Source of the DNA: Ostreococcus lucimarinus
Taxonomy: Eukaryota
Assembly (NCBI GenBank): GCA_000092065.1
Contig: CP000584.1
DNA: 64,000 nt
Direction: 5' to 3' (one strand)
The position numbers were made by a program, and so were the translations under genes. Position 1 is the first letter of the stretch. Every line of letters starts with the position of its first letter. Below, piece after piece: positions 20,585 through 30,300 of the stretch. The notes under the pieces are model-generated. The model was not told the origin of the DNA. It saw nothing but the letters and a program-made list of their open reading frames with translations, and ran no database searches.

Positions 20585-22169
20585 GCGGCGTCGGCGCGCG
20601 CGCGTCGACGCGACGCCGAGCCCGCGCGGCGACGTCGACGCGAGCTCGAGCGCGCGCGAGCGCGCGACGGCGCGCGACGACGGCGTCGTGCGCACGCGCG
20701 TCGTGCGCGAGCGAGGGAGCGAGACGCCGAGAGAGGCGCGCGCGAGCGCGAGCGCGGAGGGGAGGAGGACGACGAATCGCGAGGCGCCGCGCGGCGCGAC
20801 GGGCGGCGGCGCGCGAGCGCGACGACGACGCGCGACGACGACGAAGGAGACGCGCGATGGCGTCGTCGACGCGACGATGACGACAGAAGGCGCGCCAGGG
20901 AGCGAACGCGGCGCTGGAGGGAGGGATCGACAGACGAAGAAGGAACGCGCGAGGACGCGCTGGGCGGACGCGCGGTCGCGAGCGAGAGGGACGTCGATGG
21001 GTCAAGATGAACGTATGAGCGTCGAGGACGAGCGAAATCTCGGGCGGGCGATACAGGCGTTGTTGCGAATCGAGCGCGAGGCGGAGATTTTGCGAGATGA
21101 GGCGGCGGCGACGAGGATTCAAGCGACGGAGGCGCTGGGCGCGGTCGAGGCGTTGGCGCTGCGAGAGAAAGCGGCCAAGCAGTCCAAGCGTCTGTTCGAA
21201 GACACGCTCGCGTTGCGATTAGAGTACGACAGCCCGGCGGCGATGAGAGCTGCGGAGCGCGAGGGGAAGATGGCGCGGAAGAGGCTCGTGACGGCGAACA
21301 TGGCCTTTGCAGCGAGCATCGCGCGAAAGCTGTACGATAGAATTCCCGCCATGGAAAAGGCGGGGATGAGTAGGCAAGACATGGTTCACGAGGGCGCCAC
21401 CGGTCTCGTTCGCGCGAGTGAGCTATTCGATCCTTCAAAAGGATTCAGATTCACGACGTACGCTCACGCATGGGTTCGTCAGGCCATCGTACGCGGCGTG
21501 CACGCCAACGGCAGAACGATTCGCGTCCCTTCGCACGCTCACGTTCTCAAGAAGGCGGCTTACGAAAAGCAGCTCGAGATGCAAAGCGAACTCGGTCGCA
21601 GCGCGACGAAAGAAGAAATTGCCGACTCTTCGTCGCGCTTCACCGTGGAGATGCTGGAGAAGTTCAAGGATTTGAGCATGGATCCTCTCAGCCTGGACGC
21701 GAACGCCTCGCAGGAAACGGACGAACTCGATCTCGCAAGCCCCGACGACGCCGCCGAACTCGGTCCATCCGATGCCGTGGCGCGGGAGATTGAGAGGGAT
21801 TTCCTTCGAAACGAGATCAGAGCGAGTTTGGACCGACTACCCGCGCCGCAAGCGTACGTCCTCCGACGCCGTTTCGGTCTCATCGGCGACGGTCCGATGA
21901 CGCTCGCCGAAATCGGCGCCGCGCTCAACAAGACCGGTGAAGGTGTCCGCTACCTCGAGAAGAAAGCGCTCGAAAACCTCAAACGACAAGATGGTATCAC
22001 TGTCGATGGCGTCACCGTCTCGCTCGCACAGCATTTGGATACGTCCAACGACGCGAGGGCGTCGATGGCGACGGCGCCCGCGAAACCAAAACGCAGACGC
22101 GCCAAGACCAAGACCACGACGATCGCGCCGTCCGCGCTCGATCTCGTGCGCTCGATCGATTTAGCATAG
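20523..22169 (+). CDS. Sigma-70 family RNA polymerase sigma factor (nuclear-encoded plastid SIG). The N-terminal start is uncertain.
   Basis: Region 2.4 TYAHAWVRQAIVRGV. Region 3. Region 4.2 MTLAEIGAALNKTGEGVRYLEKKALENLK. Confidence 0.8.
20548..20580 (+). repeat. (CGTCGG)5 hexanucleotide microsatellite inside the sigma-factor ORF N-terminus, encoding (VG)n.
   Basis: Direct reading: cgtcggcgtcggcgtcggcgtcggcgtcgg. Confidence 0.85.
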
Positions 22170-22314
22170 CATAGATGGTCTCGCTCGGAGCGCTTCGAGC
22201 TGAGACGCGCAACACATAGTCCATTTTTTTAACGCATTCTTCGCAGAGCCGCGCGCGCTCGCAAAACAACCGACGAGTGGATAACAACCTCCTCATTCCC
22301 ACACACGCGTTCCC

Positions 22315-22866
22315 ATGCGCGTCCTCGCCGTCGCGCCCGCGGTCGGGCCCGCGCGCGCGACGAAGGCGTCCGCGCCGACGCGCCGCGCCGCGCTCGCGAT
22401 GTTCCTCGCCCCCTCGCTCACCGTCGTCGCTCGAAACGACGCCGCGATGGCGAAGACTGATTACGAAACCGACGCCAAAGCCGTGCTCGACGCGCAGCGC
22501 AAGCTTCTGCGCGACGGCAAGGGCGACGCGTACGCGACGTACCGCAAAGCCGCGGACGAGTTTTTCGCGACGTACAAGTTTGATCACAAAGGACACACGA
22601 ATTCGTTTTCGCAGACGACGAACCTGGACGTCATCGTCGAGACGCAGCGCGAATATTTAGACGCGAAGGGATTGAAGTGGGATAAAACGCAAGTACCACC
22701 GTCGAGCAGTAACAAAGGAGCGATGCTCGATGCGTATCTGGCGAACGGAGAGCGATGCTTGGTGAAGGAGGCGTACCCGCCTTTTGGCGAGATTCGCAAA
22801 GACGAGTCGATGCTCGCTGAATGGAAGGCGATCGAGTGCACGCAAGGTTTGGTGAAGCCGAAGTAG
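22315..22866 (+). CDS. Small hypothetical protein with a twin-arginine-type signal (RRAALAMFLAPSLTVVA, cleavage near ARNDAA). Putative thylakoid-lumen protein.
   Basis: 183-codon ORF with mature-protein-like composition: Lys/Asp-rich and not Arg-rich. Confidence 0.45.
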   Translation: MRVLAVAPAVGPARATKASAPTRRAALAMFLAPSLTVVARNDAAMAKTDYETDAKAVLDAQRKLLRDGKGDAYATYRKAADEFFATYKFDHKGHTNSFSQTTNLDVIVETQREYLDAKGLKWDKTQVPPSSSNKGAMLDAYLANGERCLVKEAYPPFGEIRKDESMLAEWKAIECTQGLVKPK

Positions 22867-22919
22867 GAAAAAGACACATGTTTGTTATCGTACATAGTTT
22901 GTGTCGATCTATATCATCG

Positions 22920-23876
22920 TCACACGTGACGCTTGTCACCCTTGCTCGCCGCGGACTTTTTCGCGTTCTCCGCGTTGTACACCGGGAGGCGGATGTCGTA
23001 CGTGTCCGCCGCCACGCGAAGACCGATACCTGCGCTTACGCCCGCGATGATCCGCAAAGACGGCGGCGCACCGGCTTGACGCGCGATGATGTACGCCAAC
23101 GCCCCGGTGGCGGCGGTCGTGGCGTAGATATCGGCGTACGAGTGAAAGATTCTCGTTGGCCGTTGAACTAAAATATCGCGCACGATGCCCCCAAACGTAG
23201 CCGTCATAATTCCGCACAACACCTGCGCAATCATAGGTACGCCCGCGCGTATGCCATTTTGCGTGCCGATGACGCAAAAAGCCCCGACTCCCAACGCATC
23301 GCTCGCCTCGATCCAATAATCATCATCGGTAAATCCAAACTGTTTCTTCGCGCTCTCCCAGCCGCAAAACGTCGCCAACGCCGTGCCCGCCGCGATCCAC
23401 AAGTACTCCTGCTCCTCCATCCAAAACGCCCGCCGTCCTTGACCGAGCAAAATATCTCTCACCGTACCCCCGCCCACCGCGGTGATGGTGCCGACCGCGG
23501 TGCATCCGAACGCGTCCATCCCGCTCGCCGCCGCGAGCAGGCTCCCCGTCATCGCGAACGAGCTCGTGCCAAAGTAATCCGCCAACCGTAGCGCGCCTGG
23601 GACGGTGAAGTTCGGATAGCGAGGCATACCGTCTGGATGTACCGTAGGGGCGCCCACCTGCGCATCCGCGGCGAACGAGCGCGCGTGCGCGCGCGTCCGC
23701 GGTCGTGTGTTCGCGAGCGATGACTTCACGCGTCCCGACGCGTCGAAAGATTTGCACGCGCCCGTGTTGAGCGACGCGCGCGCCGTGGACACCGCCGACG
23801 CGGAAGCAGATGACGCGAACGATGCGCGAGCGAATCCCGCGGACGCGAGGTCAGCGAGACGCTTGCGAGTGGACAT
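22920..23876 (-). CDS. Membrane protein with two UPF0126 (YadS 'glycine transporter') domains.
   Basis: Duplicated segments GTITAVGGGTVRDILLGQ and GIMTATFGGIVRDILVQR inside hydrophobic helices. Confidence 0.65.
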   Translation of the reverse strand: MSTRKRLADLASAGFARASFASSASASAVSTARASLNTGACKSFDASGRVKSSLANTRPRTRAHARSFAADAQVGAPTVHPDGMPRYPNFTVPGALRLADYFGTSSFAMTGSLLAAASGMDAFGCTAVGTITAVGGGTVRDILLGQGRRAFWMEEQEYLWIAAGTALATFCGWESAKKQFGFTDDDYWIEASDALGVGAFCVIGTQNGIRAGVPMIAQVLCGIMTATFGGIVRDILVQRPTRIFHSYADIYATTAATGALAYIIARQAGAPPSLRIIAGVSAGIGLRVAADTYDIRLPVYNAENAKKSAASKGDKRHV

Positions 23877-24069
23877 GACGAGCGGCGCTGTGCGGGCGGG
23901 ACGGGGCCAGCGCGAACGAACGACGCGAACGCGATCGGATTCGACAAGGCAAGATGCGCGCTATGGCGGTGATTAAATCAATTCTAGCGAAATAAATGTC
24001 AACGGTCGTGCGCACGCAGCGGCGAGAATCGAGCCTCGCGATTCAATAGGCGTGAAACGTTATTACGTT

Positions 24070-24777
24070 TCACGCCTCGTCCACGTTGACGCCGAGCAAG
24101 GTCACCTTGAAGAACACGTCCGCTCCCGCGAAGGGGTGATTGGCGTCCAAAACAACTTTCTCGGCGTCCATCGCGCGCACCACCGCGGGTTGCCCGTTGA
24201 CGAGAGTCACCGTCAATCCTTCGACCAAACCTCCCTTATCCGACCACTCGGCGCGCAAGCGCGCGATTTCCTCGTGATTCGCCGGCACGCTAAATAACAA
24301 GTTCGGATCGTAATCACCCCCGCTCGCGCTCACCACCGCACTATTTCCAACGTTCAGCTTCCGCACCGCCTCATCGAACGCCTTAAACAGCGGATTTCCC
24401 ATGACGTCGCTCGCGCCGACCTCAAACGTCACCGCCTCCGTCGCCGCCGCGTCTTGCAAAACCTCCCCTTCCCCAGTCTCCACGCCGAACTGAATCTTCA
24501 CGATGTCACCGGTCACGGGAAACCCTTCGCTCGCGTCCGCGCGCGCGTCTTCGTGCACGCTCATGCGCGTGGCGAAGCCCTTTTGACCTTTTCGCACGTC
24601 TTGGAGAATGGTGCCGATGAAATCGACGTCAGGCATCTCAAACGTCTCGTCCTCCGCGCTCGCGCGACGCCGCGCCGCGCGCCCGCGCGCCGACGCCGCG
24701 CGCATCGAGCGCTTCCCCGTCGTCGTCGCGCGCGGCGCCCGGACGCGCGCGGCGCTCGACGTCGTCGTCGCGAACAT
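24070..24777 (-). CDS. FKBP-type peptidyl-prolyl cis-trans isomerase (SlyD-like), probably organelle-targeted. Start uncertain (alternatives at 24705 or 24636).
   Basis: C-terminal GLTVTLVNGQPAVVRAMDAEKVVLDANHPFAGADVFFKVTLLGV. Ser/Thr/Arg-rich presequence. Confidence 0.7.
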   Translation of the reverse strand: MFATTTSSAARVRAPRATTTGKRSMRAASARGRAARRRASAEDETFEMPDVDFIGTILQDVRKGQKGFATRMSVHEDARADASEGFPVTGDIVKIQFGVETGEGEVLQDAAATEAVTFEVGASDVMGNPLFKAFDEAVRKLNVGNSAVVSASGGDYDPNLLFSVPANHEEIARLRAEWSDKGGLVEGLTVTLVNGQPAVVRAMDAEKVVLDANHPFAGADVFFKVTLLGVNVDEA

Positions 24778-24829
24778 GCCGAGCGTCGAGCAGTGCGGCC
24801 TCGCGCGGCAGAGCGCGCCTCGCGGCGGC

Positions 24830-25423
24830 ATGCCGTCGCGCGTGGCGCGCGTCATCGACGCGCTCGACGCGCTCGACGCCGACGTCGAGTTCACGCGCCC
24901 CGGGGACGTGGACGCCGCGCGGTTTTGCGACGTCATGGATGCCATGCTCGAAGTCATCGCCGCGCTCGGCTTCGCGTTCGAGCTCGCGAAGGCGGACGTA
25001 TCGAAGAACGTGCGACGGATTCGAGACGTGGTTCGGGCGCGCGGCGAGGCGCGGGCGTCGCTGTTCGAGGCGATCGCGCGCGACCGCGAGGCGGGCGGAC
25101 GGGTCTGGGTGCCGGCGCTCTGGTTGCGGCGGTTCGGCGGCTTCGTCGTGGGTTTGCTCGGGGAACTCACGCGAGACGCGAGCTTGGATCTCCGGACGTG
25201 CGGGGCGAGGTCGTACGAGCGCGCGCTGAAGCCGTATCACGGGTTCGCGTTGCGAGGGGTTTTCGCGGCGGCGTTGGCGATGCCGCCGAGCAGAGCGCAG
25301 TTCTGCGCTGTGGCTGGGAGCGAGGAGGAGATGCGCGCGTGTGTGGCGAAGTTTGCGCCCGTCATGGACGCGCTCGACGGATTCTTAACGGCGGAAGGGT
25401 TGAACGACCCGACTCCGGTGTAA
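24830..25423 (+). CDS. Glycolipid transfer protein (GLTP/ACD11 family).
   Basis: FCDVMDAMLEVIAALGFAFELAKADVSKNVRRI. ...VWVPALWLRRFGGFVVGLL. YERALKPYHGFALRGVFAAAL. These are collinear with GLTP-fold motifs. Confidence 0.65.
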   Translation: MPSRVARVIDALDALDADVEFTRPGDVDAARFCDVMDAMLEVIAALGFAFELAKADVSKNVRRIRDVVRARGEARASLFEAIARDREAGGRVWVPALWLRRFGGFVVGLLGELTRDASLDLRTCGARSYERALKPYHGFALRGVFAAALAMPPSRAQFCAVAGSEEEMRACVAKFAPVMDALDGFLTAEGLNDPTPV

Positions 25424-25497
25424 AATATTTGCGCTCAAAGCGCGTTAGAGTAGAAGTGTATTTGAAGAGCGGAACGTTTGGTTCGATTGCAAGGATT

Positions 25498-26625
25498 TTA
25501 ATCATCCATAGTGTTGTACATGGAGAAGTCTGGCATCGATGCCGATGATACCAGACCCTTCTTCATTTTTCGCATAGATGGCGGCGCGCGCAAGCCCTTG
25601 TCAAGGCCAAGCTCAGCGATTTTATCGCGTTCTTCTTCGGCTTCGCGTGCGTCGTCGTCGTCCGACTGGCCCGCGGCTTCTCGAATCTTTGATAAATCCG
25701 GCACAGAGCTAACCTTGACGAACTTGCCCTTGACTCGCGGGCGGTTGTCAGCGCATGCTTTGCGCGATTGATACCGAATCACCTTGTTGAAGTTTCGATT
25801 CTTCCTCTTTTCCTTCCATCGTTTCAATCGCTCGAGACGCGTCTGCGGCTGCGGTAACCCGGCGTACGTATCCGATCCCGAAGGTGGGCCTTCTGGAATC
25901 GAGCGTAACGCGTCAGCCATCGCAGAATGTCCATTCGCATCCCCTGCGCCGCTCGATGCGACCGTCTGATTGTCCAAATCGCTCTCGGGTTCGCGTTTGA
26001 CAGCCACCGCGCTCAGCTTCCCCGCGAGAGATTCAAAACCCATATCGCTAGACTCAGGCGATGGCGAGCCGAACGCGCCGTACGATGGATTCAATTCTAA
26101 AAACCGCACCGCAGAATCGTCCAAAATTGGACCTAAAAAGCCGCTCGACGAGGCATACTCGCCGACCCGACGTAACGCCTCGATTTCGCTCTTCGACATC
26201 CCCACCGAGTCGCTATACTTGCTTCCCGATCGCTCCCCGTCGATTTCTCGATTCACCACCCCATCCTTCGCCGCATCTTCATCATCGAGCGGGTCCCTCA
26301 AGAAGCTCTCCGGATCGATCCCATCAGCGTCAAGCTCGCCCAAATTCTCGTCCCAAAACGCTCCGTCCAACGTTTCCACCGGAAACGACGACGACGGCAT
26401 CATGGGATTACTCAAATACTCATCGCATATCCCGATCACATCATCCGTCGTCACCTCAACGTCATCGCCGTCGCCGTACGCATCGCTCATCCGTCTCGAA
26501 TCCGCATCCTCCGCGCCGTGCGCGCCGACCCCTCGCCCGTTCGTCCCGAGCGCCGTGCGCTCGTGCTTACTCGCGATCGCGTTCGCCGCGTGCACGCGCG
26601 CATCGCACGCATCGCACAGGTACGC
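25498..26625 (-). CDS. CONSTANS-like B-box/CCT protein, exon 2 (second half of the B-box, acidic middle region, C-terminal CCT domain).
   Basis: AYLCDACDARVHAANAIASKHERT (B-box C-terminal half). CCT domain RLERLKRWKEKRKNRNFNKVIRYQSRKACADNRPRVKGKFVK. Confidence 0.8.
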   Translation of the reverse strand, partial: AYLCDACDARVHAANAIASKHERTALGTNGRGVGAHGAEDADSRRMSDAYGDGDDVEVTTDDVIGICDEYLSNPMMPSSSFPVETLDGAFWDENLGELDADGIDPESFLRDPLDDEDAAKDGVVNREIDGERSGSKYSDSVGMSKSEIEALRRVGEYASSSGFLGPILDDSAVRFLELNPSYGAFGSPSPESSDMGFESLAGKLSAVAVKREPESDLDNQTVASSGAGDANGHSAMADALRSIPEGPPSGSDTYAGLPQPQTRLERLKRWKEKRKNRNFNKVIRYQSRKACADNRPRVKGKFVKVSSVPDLSKIREAAGQSDDDDAREAEEERDKIAELGLDKGLRAPPSMRKMKKGLVSSASMPDFSMYNTMDD

Positions 26626-26858
26626 CTGCGTCACCGTCGTTCGCACCACCGTCAGTCGTCGCGCGCGTCTTCGCGCGCGCTTTCGTCGCCGCGCGTCGTC
26701 CGAACGTCCCCGTTCGTCGTCGTCGTCTTATCGTTATCCGAAGCGCCATCCTCTCCGACCGCGCCTCGCCGCCGCGCGTCGCGCGCGCGCGTCCCGCGCG
26801 TCGTCGACGCGTCGCGAGCGCGTCGTCTCCCGGTCACCGCGCGCGCCGTCGCGCGCAC
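26626..26858 (-). other. Spliceosomal intron (233 nt, phase 0) in the CONSTANS-like gene.
   Basis: Minus-strand donor GAG|GTGCGCGCGAC. Internal CGACTGACGGTG. Acceptor GACGCAG|GCG. It fuses the two halves into a canonical B-box. Confidence 0.6.
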
Positions 26859-26999
26859 CTCGTCCTGCGCGCAGTACCAACTCGCCGCGCGCCGCGCGCC
26901 TTCGGGACACGATTCGCACGCGGCGCCCGTCGCGTCGCGCGTCGCGTCCTCGGCGCGCGCGCGATCGGACGCGCTCGCGCGCGCGTCGCTCGGCGCCAT
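26859..26999 (-). CDS. CONSTANS-like protein, exon 1 (MAPSDAR...ACESCPEGARRAASWYCAQDE, the N-terminal half of the B-box).
   Basis: CxxCx8-9YCxxD pattern in the frame of ORF 26652-26999. Joined to exon 2 it gives C-x2-C-x9-YC-x2-D-x-A-x-LC-x2-CD-x3-H-x-AN-x5-H-x-R. Confidence 0.6.
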
Positions 27000-27320
27000 G
27001 CGTCGCGCGAGCGCCGTGCGCGCGCGTGTGCGCGGCGCGCGCGGCGCGCGCGCGCGTAACGACTCGAGACCCGGGAGTCGGGCATCGGCGCGCGGTCCGA
27101 CCGACCGCCGAGCCGAGTCATCAACTCAATCCATCGCGGCGAACCAGGATGCGCCGCCTGCACTCGTCGCCGCGCGCGCCGACGCCGACGAAGCGTAGCG
27201 AACGTCGTGAACGTCGTTAACGTCGCGCTCCGCGCCCCCGCGCGCCGTCGTCGCGGCCCCGGTTCGACGTCGCGACGCGCGACGCGCGCGAACAGTTGAC
27301 GGTTAAGAAAAAGTCGCGCT

Positions 27321-30300
27321 TTGGCGGCGATGCGCGCCCGGTTCGCGCGCGGCGCGTCGATGTCGGCGCTTCTGCTCGCGCTGTGCGCTTTGGCGTCGCT
27401 CTTAGGCGTCGCTCGGGGCGGTGGTTCGCCGTCGCCGTCCCCCGTGCACTGTTCGGCGAGGTGGATCGACGTCAACAAAGGGGGCTGCCCAAGCTGCGGA
27501 CCAGGCACGTATAGTAAGCGATACCAAATCGATCGCGATCCCGCGTACGATGGACGACGGTGTCCTCATGTCAACGGGCATGTGTCTTATGGACATGATT
27601 GCGAGGCACCGCCATGTCCGCCGCCGCCGCCATCGCCGCCGCCGCCGTCGCCACCGCCGCCGCCGCCGGGACAGTTTGTTCCCGTGCAGGTATCCATCAA
27701 CGATCCCGTGCCGAGAGTGTCAGATGCGTACGACTTTCACATTCTCACCTCACATCCTTCGTGCGATTCACAAAACGATTGTTTTGAGAGTCACATCGAG
27801 ACGGACGTGAGCGAGCATCACGTCGGACTCAGGTGCGACGTCACCGTGCAAAAGAAGGACCAAGTTTGTGCGACATTCGGTCGTCACATGCCTTGCAGGC
27901 TGTGGAATGACTTTTATCCAACAACTTTAACCCTCACGGATGAGCATGGTGACATCGTCGAAGGCGATTACGTCATTGAGTATGAATGCTACTTTGAACT
28001 CGCAAACGGCGAGCTCGTACCTGAGCCGACCAAGGTGAAGAAGACGCTGCACGAGTTCAGCGTATCCAAAGGGTGCGATTTGAAAATGAATTTGAATCGA
28101 GATTCCAAAGCAGAGCTCGCGGCGTATCTCCTCAGTGGCGCCGATGAATTCAATATCGCTGACTGCTCGAGTTTGAAGAGTATTTACGCCGCGAAGGAGG
28201 CCGTGTTCCGTATTTTCGATTCAAACCCGACAGATGGCCGACTCGATCACGAAGAAATCCTCATCGGTGTTGAGGCACACAGCATGGATACACAGATAGT
28301 GAATCATTGGAAGGACATCGTCGACGCTGAGGGTGGCGATGGACTGTTCCTCACACTTTCGAACTTCATGTCGGCAGACATCGCGCCTCGCGGTTGTCAA
28401 TCCGGCGCCGGTGACGTCGTGACGTTCACGGAGGCGACGTATCCAACGAGTGATCCTGGACGTGAAACGGGATCCAGGCAATGCGGAGAGATGGCGGGAT
28501 CTATGAAGACCACGTGGTCGTTTCCTCGATCAATGCAACTCGGCGATTGGTCGTGCGTATACATCGACGGGCTTTTGTACAGTCAATTGCTCGCCCAAAC
28601 GAGCCGAAACGCCGTATCGATGCAGAACAGCGTGACAGATATTCGCCCTGTCATTGGCTCTTTTCATGATGCAGAGCAATCTCTCGCTGCGCATTTCACG
28701 TTCGCAGGCGTGTCAAACGCAAGGCTGATTTCTTCAGAATCGCCGCGGGCGGATGGCCAAGAAGTGGTTCCAACCCTCTCCATCGATGATACGTATACAG
28801 GTAGTCTGCGAGTCTTCACGGCTTCTCAACACGGTAAACACGGGGCGTGCCTGAACAGCTGCCAAGGTTGTACCTTCCATTCGTACAAGTACATTGGGGA
28901 ACCGTTCAAGAATGATTTTGCCGTGTCGATGCAAATATTCATTCCTACACAGCTTTCGAGCAATTCTGGCTTTCGGAAGAAGTCGGAACCTCTCATGAGC
29001 TTCACTTCAGATGCATCTGGTAGTATGCAGCACAGCATCAAGTTACGATTGGGCACGGCACTCTCGAAGTTTTCACTTCAATTTATACATGAAAAAGTAA
29101 ACAGCGTGACGGGTCATCGAGATGAGCTATCAGAGCCCATTCCTCTGGGTGCGTTTGGACGCTGGACGTCAATTGGATTTTCTTTCCACCCAAAAGATGG
29201 TCTCACGTTGTACAGGTTCAGCGTTGAGGGAGGTAGGGTAACACATGAAATCAAGGTGCCGAGCAATAACGATGAGTGGAAATCGAGACTGCGAGACACG
29301 TTGCATTTGATGCACCGTCGTGAATTTTTCAAAGAGAACCGAATAGAATACGACGATCTTCGCGTGTACACTGGCCGAGTAAAGAACAACACATTCATAG
29401 ACGCGTATAAGTGCGACGCGTTGGGTGCTCAGTGTGCACCTCGAGCACACGCAACGCCAAACTCACGTCGCGTCGTATGTGTCATGCTGGATGTCCACGA
29501 CAGTAGTGGAGGAGACGCCCGTGCGCCGTATTCCTGCACCGGTGCCCTGTACTACGACGGCGGCGCCATTGAAGTGCGCGCGAAAATGGATCTCACTGGA
29601 GTCGCATTCGAATTCCGCGACACGGCTTGGCACGAATCATCTTTTGAAATCTTGCGACGCACGCACGATCCAAGTGGCGATAACGCGTTTGATACAGTCG
29701 TACTCGTTGACGGTGGTTTGAACGGCTGTGCGTCGATGTTTTCGTCGATTACGTATCTCGACCGAGAGGCTGGTCAGCAGCCCAACTCTCGCTGGCAGTA
29801 CAAGATCAAAACAAAGACGGACGATGTCGATGTAAGCTTTTTGTCGCTCACTACTCATTTTAAAACGCCTTGGATTGGTCAAATTGTGGGCGAAGTGATG
29901 GCCGGTAAGTCGGTTGTTCCTGTTGGCGAAGTCCGCATTTGCGCAGACTTCGTGAAGCCCAACGGTACTTTTCTGATGTATCGCAGTCACAATCACTCTA
30001 ATCTGGCTTTGCACATGCCCGTCGTTCACACATCTAATCTCACTATCTCAGCAGAACAACAGGCGCATCGAGCTACGGACGGCTTACACTTGAAGCCTGA
30101 CTCGATTCGTGTCGCAAGAGGACAGTATTTGCGCGTCAACCTCGACTATTGGAGCGCAATACAAGAGGTCGAAGTGTGCACCGCAACCGGAGAGAACAAT
30201 TTCAGAACTTTCGTGCGGGAGTTCGATCCGGGATACTCTGTGAATCACGGTCACGAGTGCAAATTACGAGAAACTAACGCAACCCAAACTTTCAGCGCAT

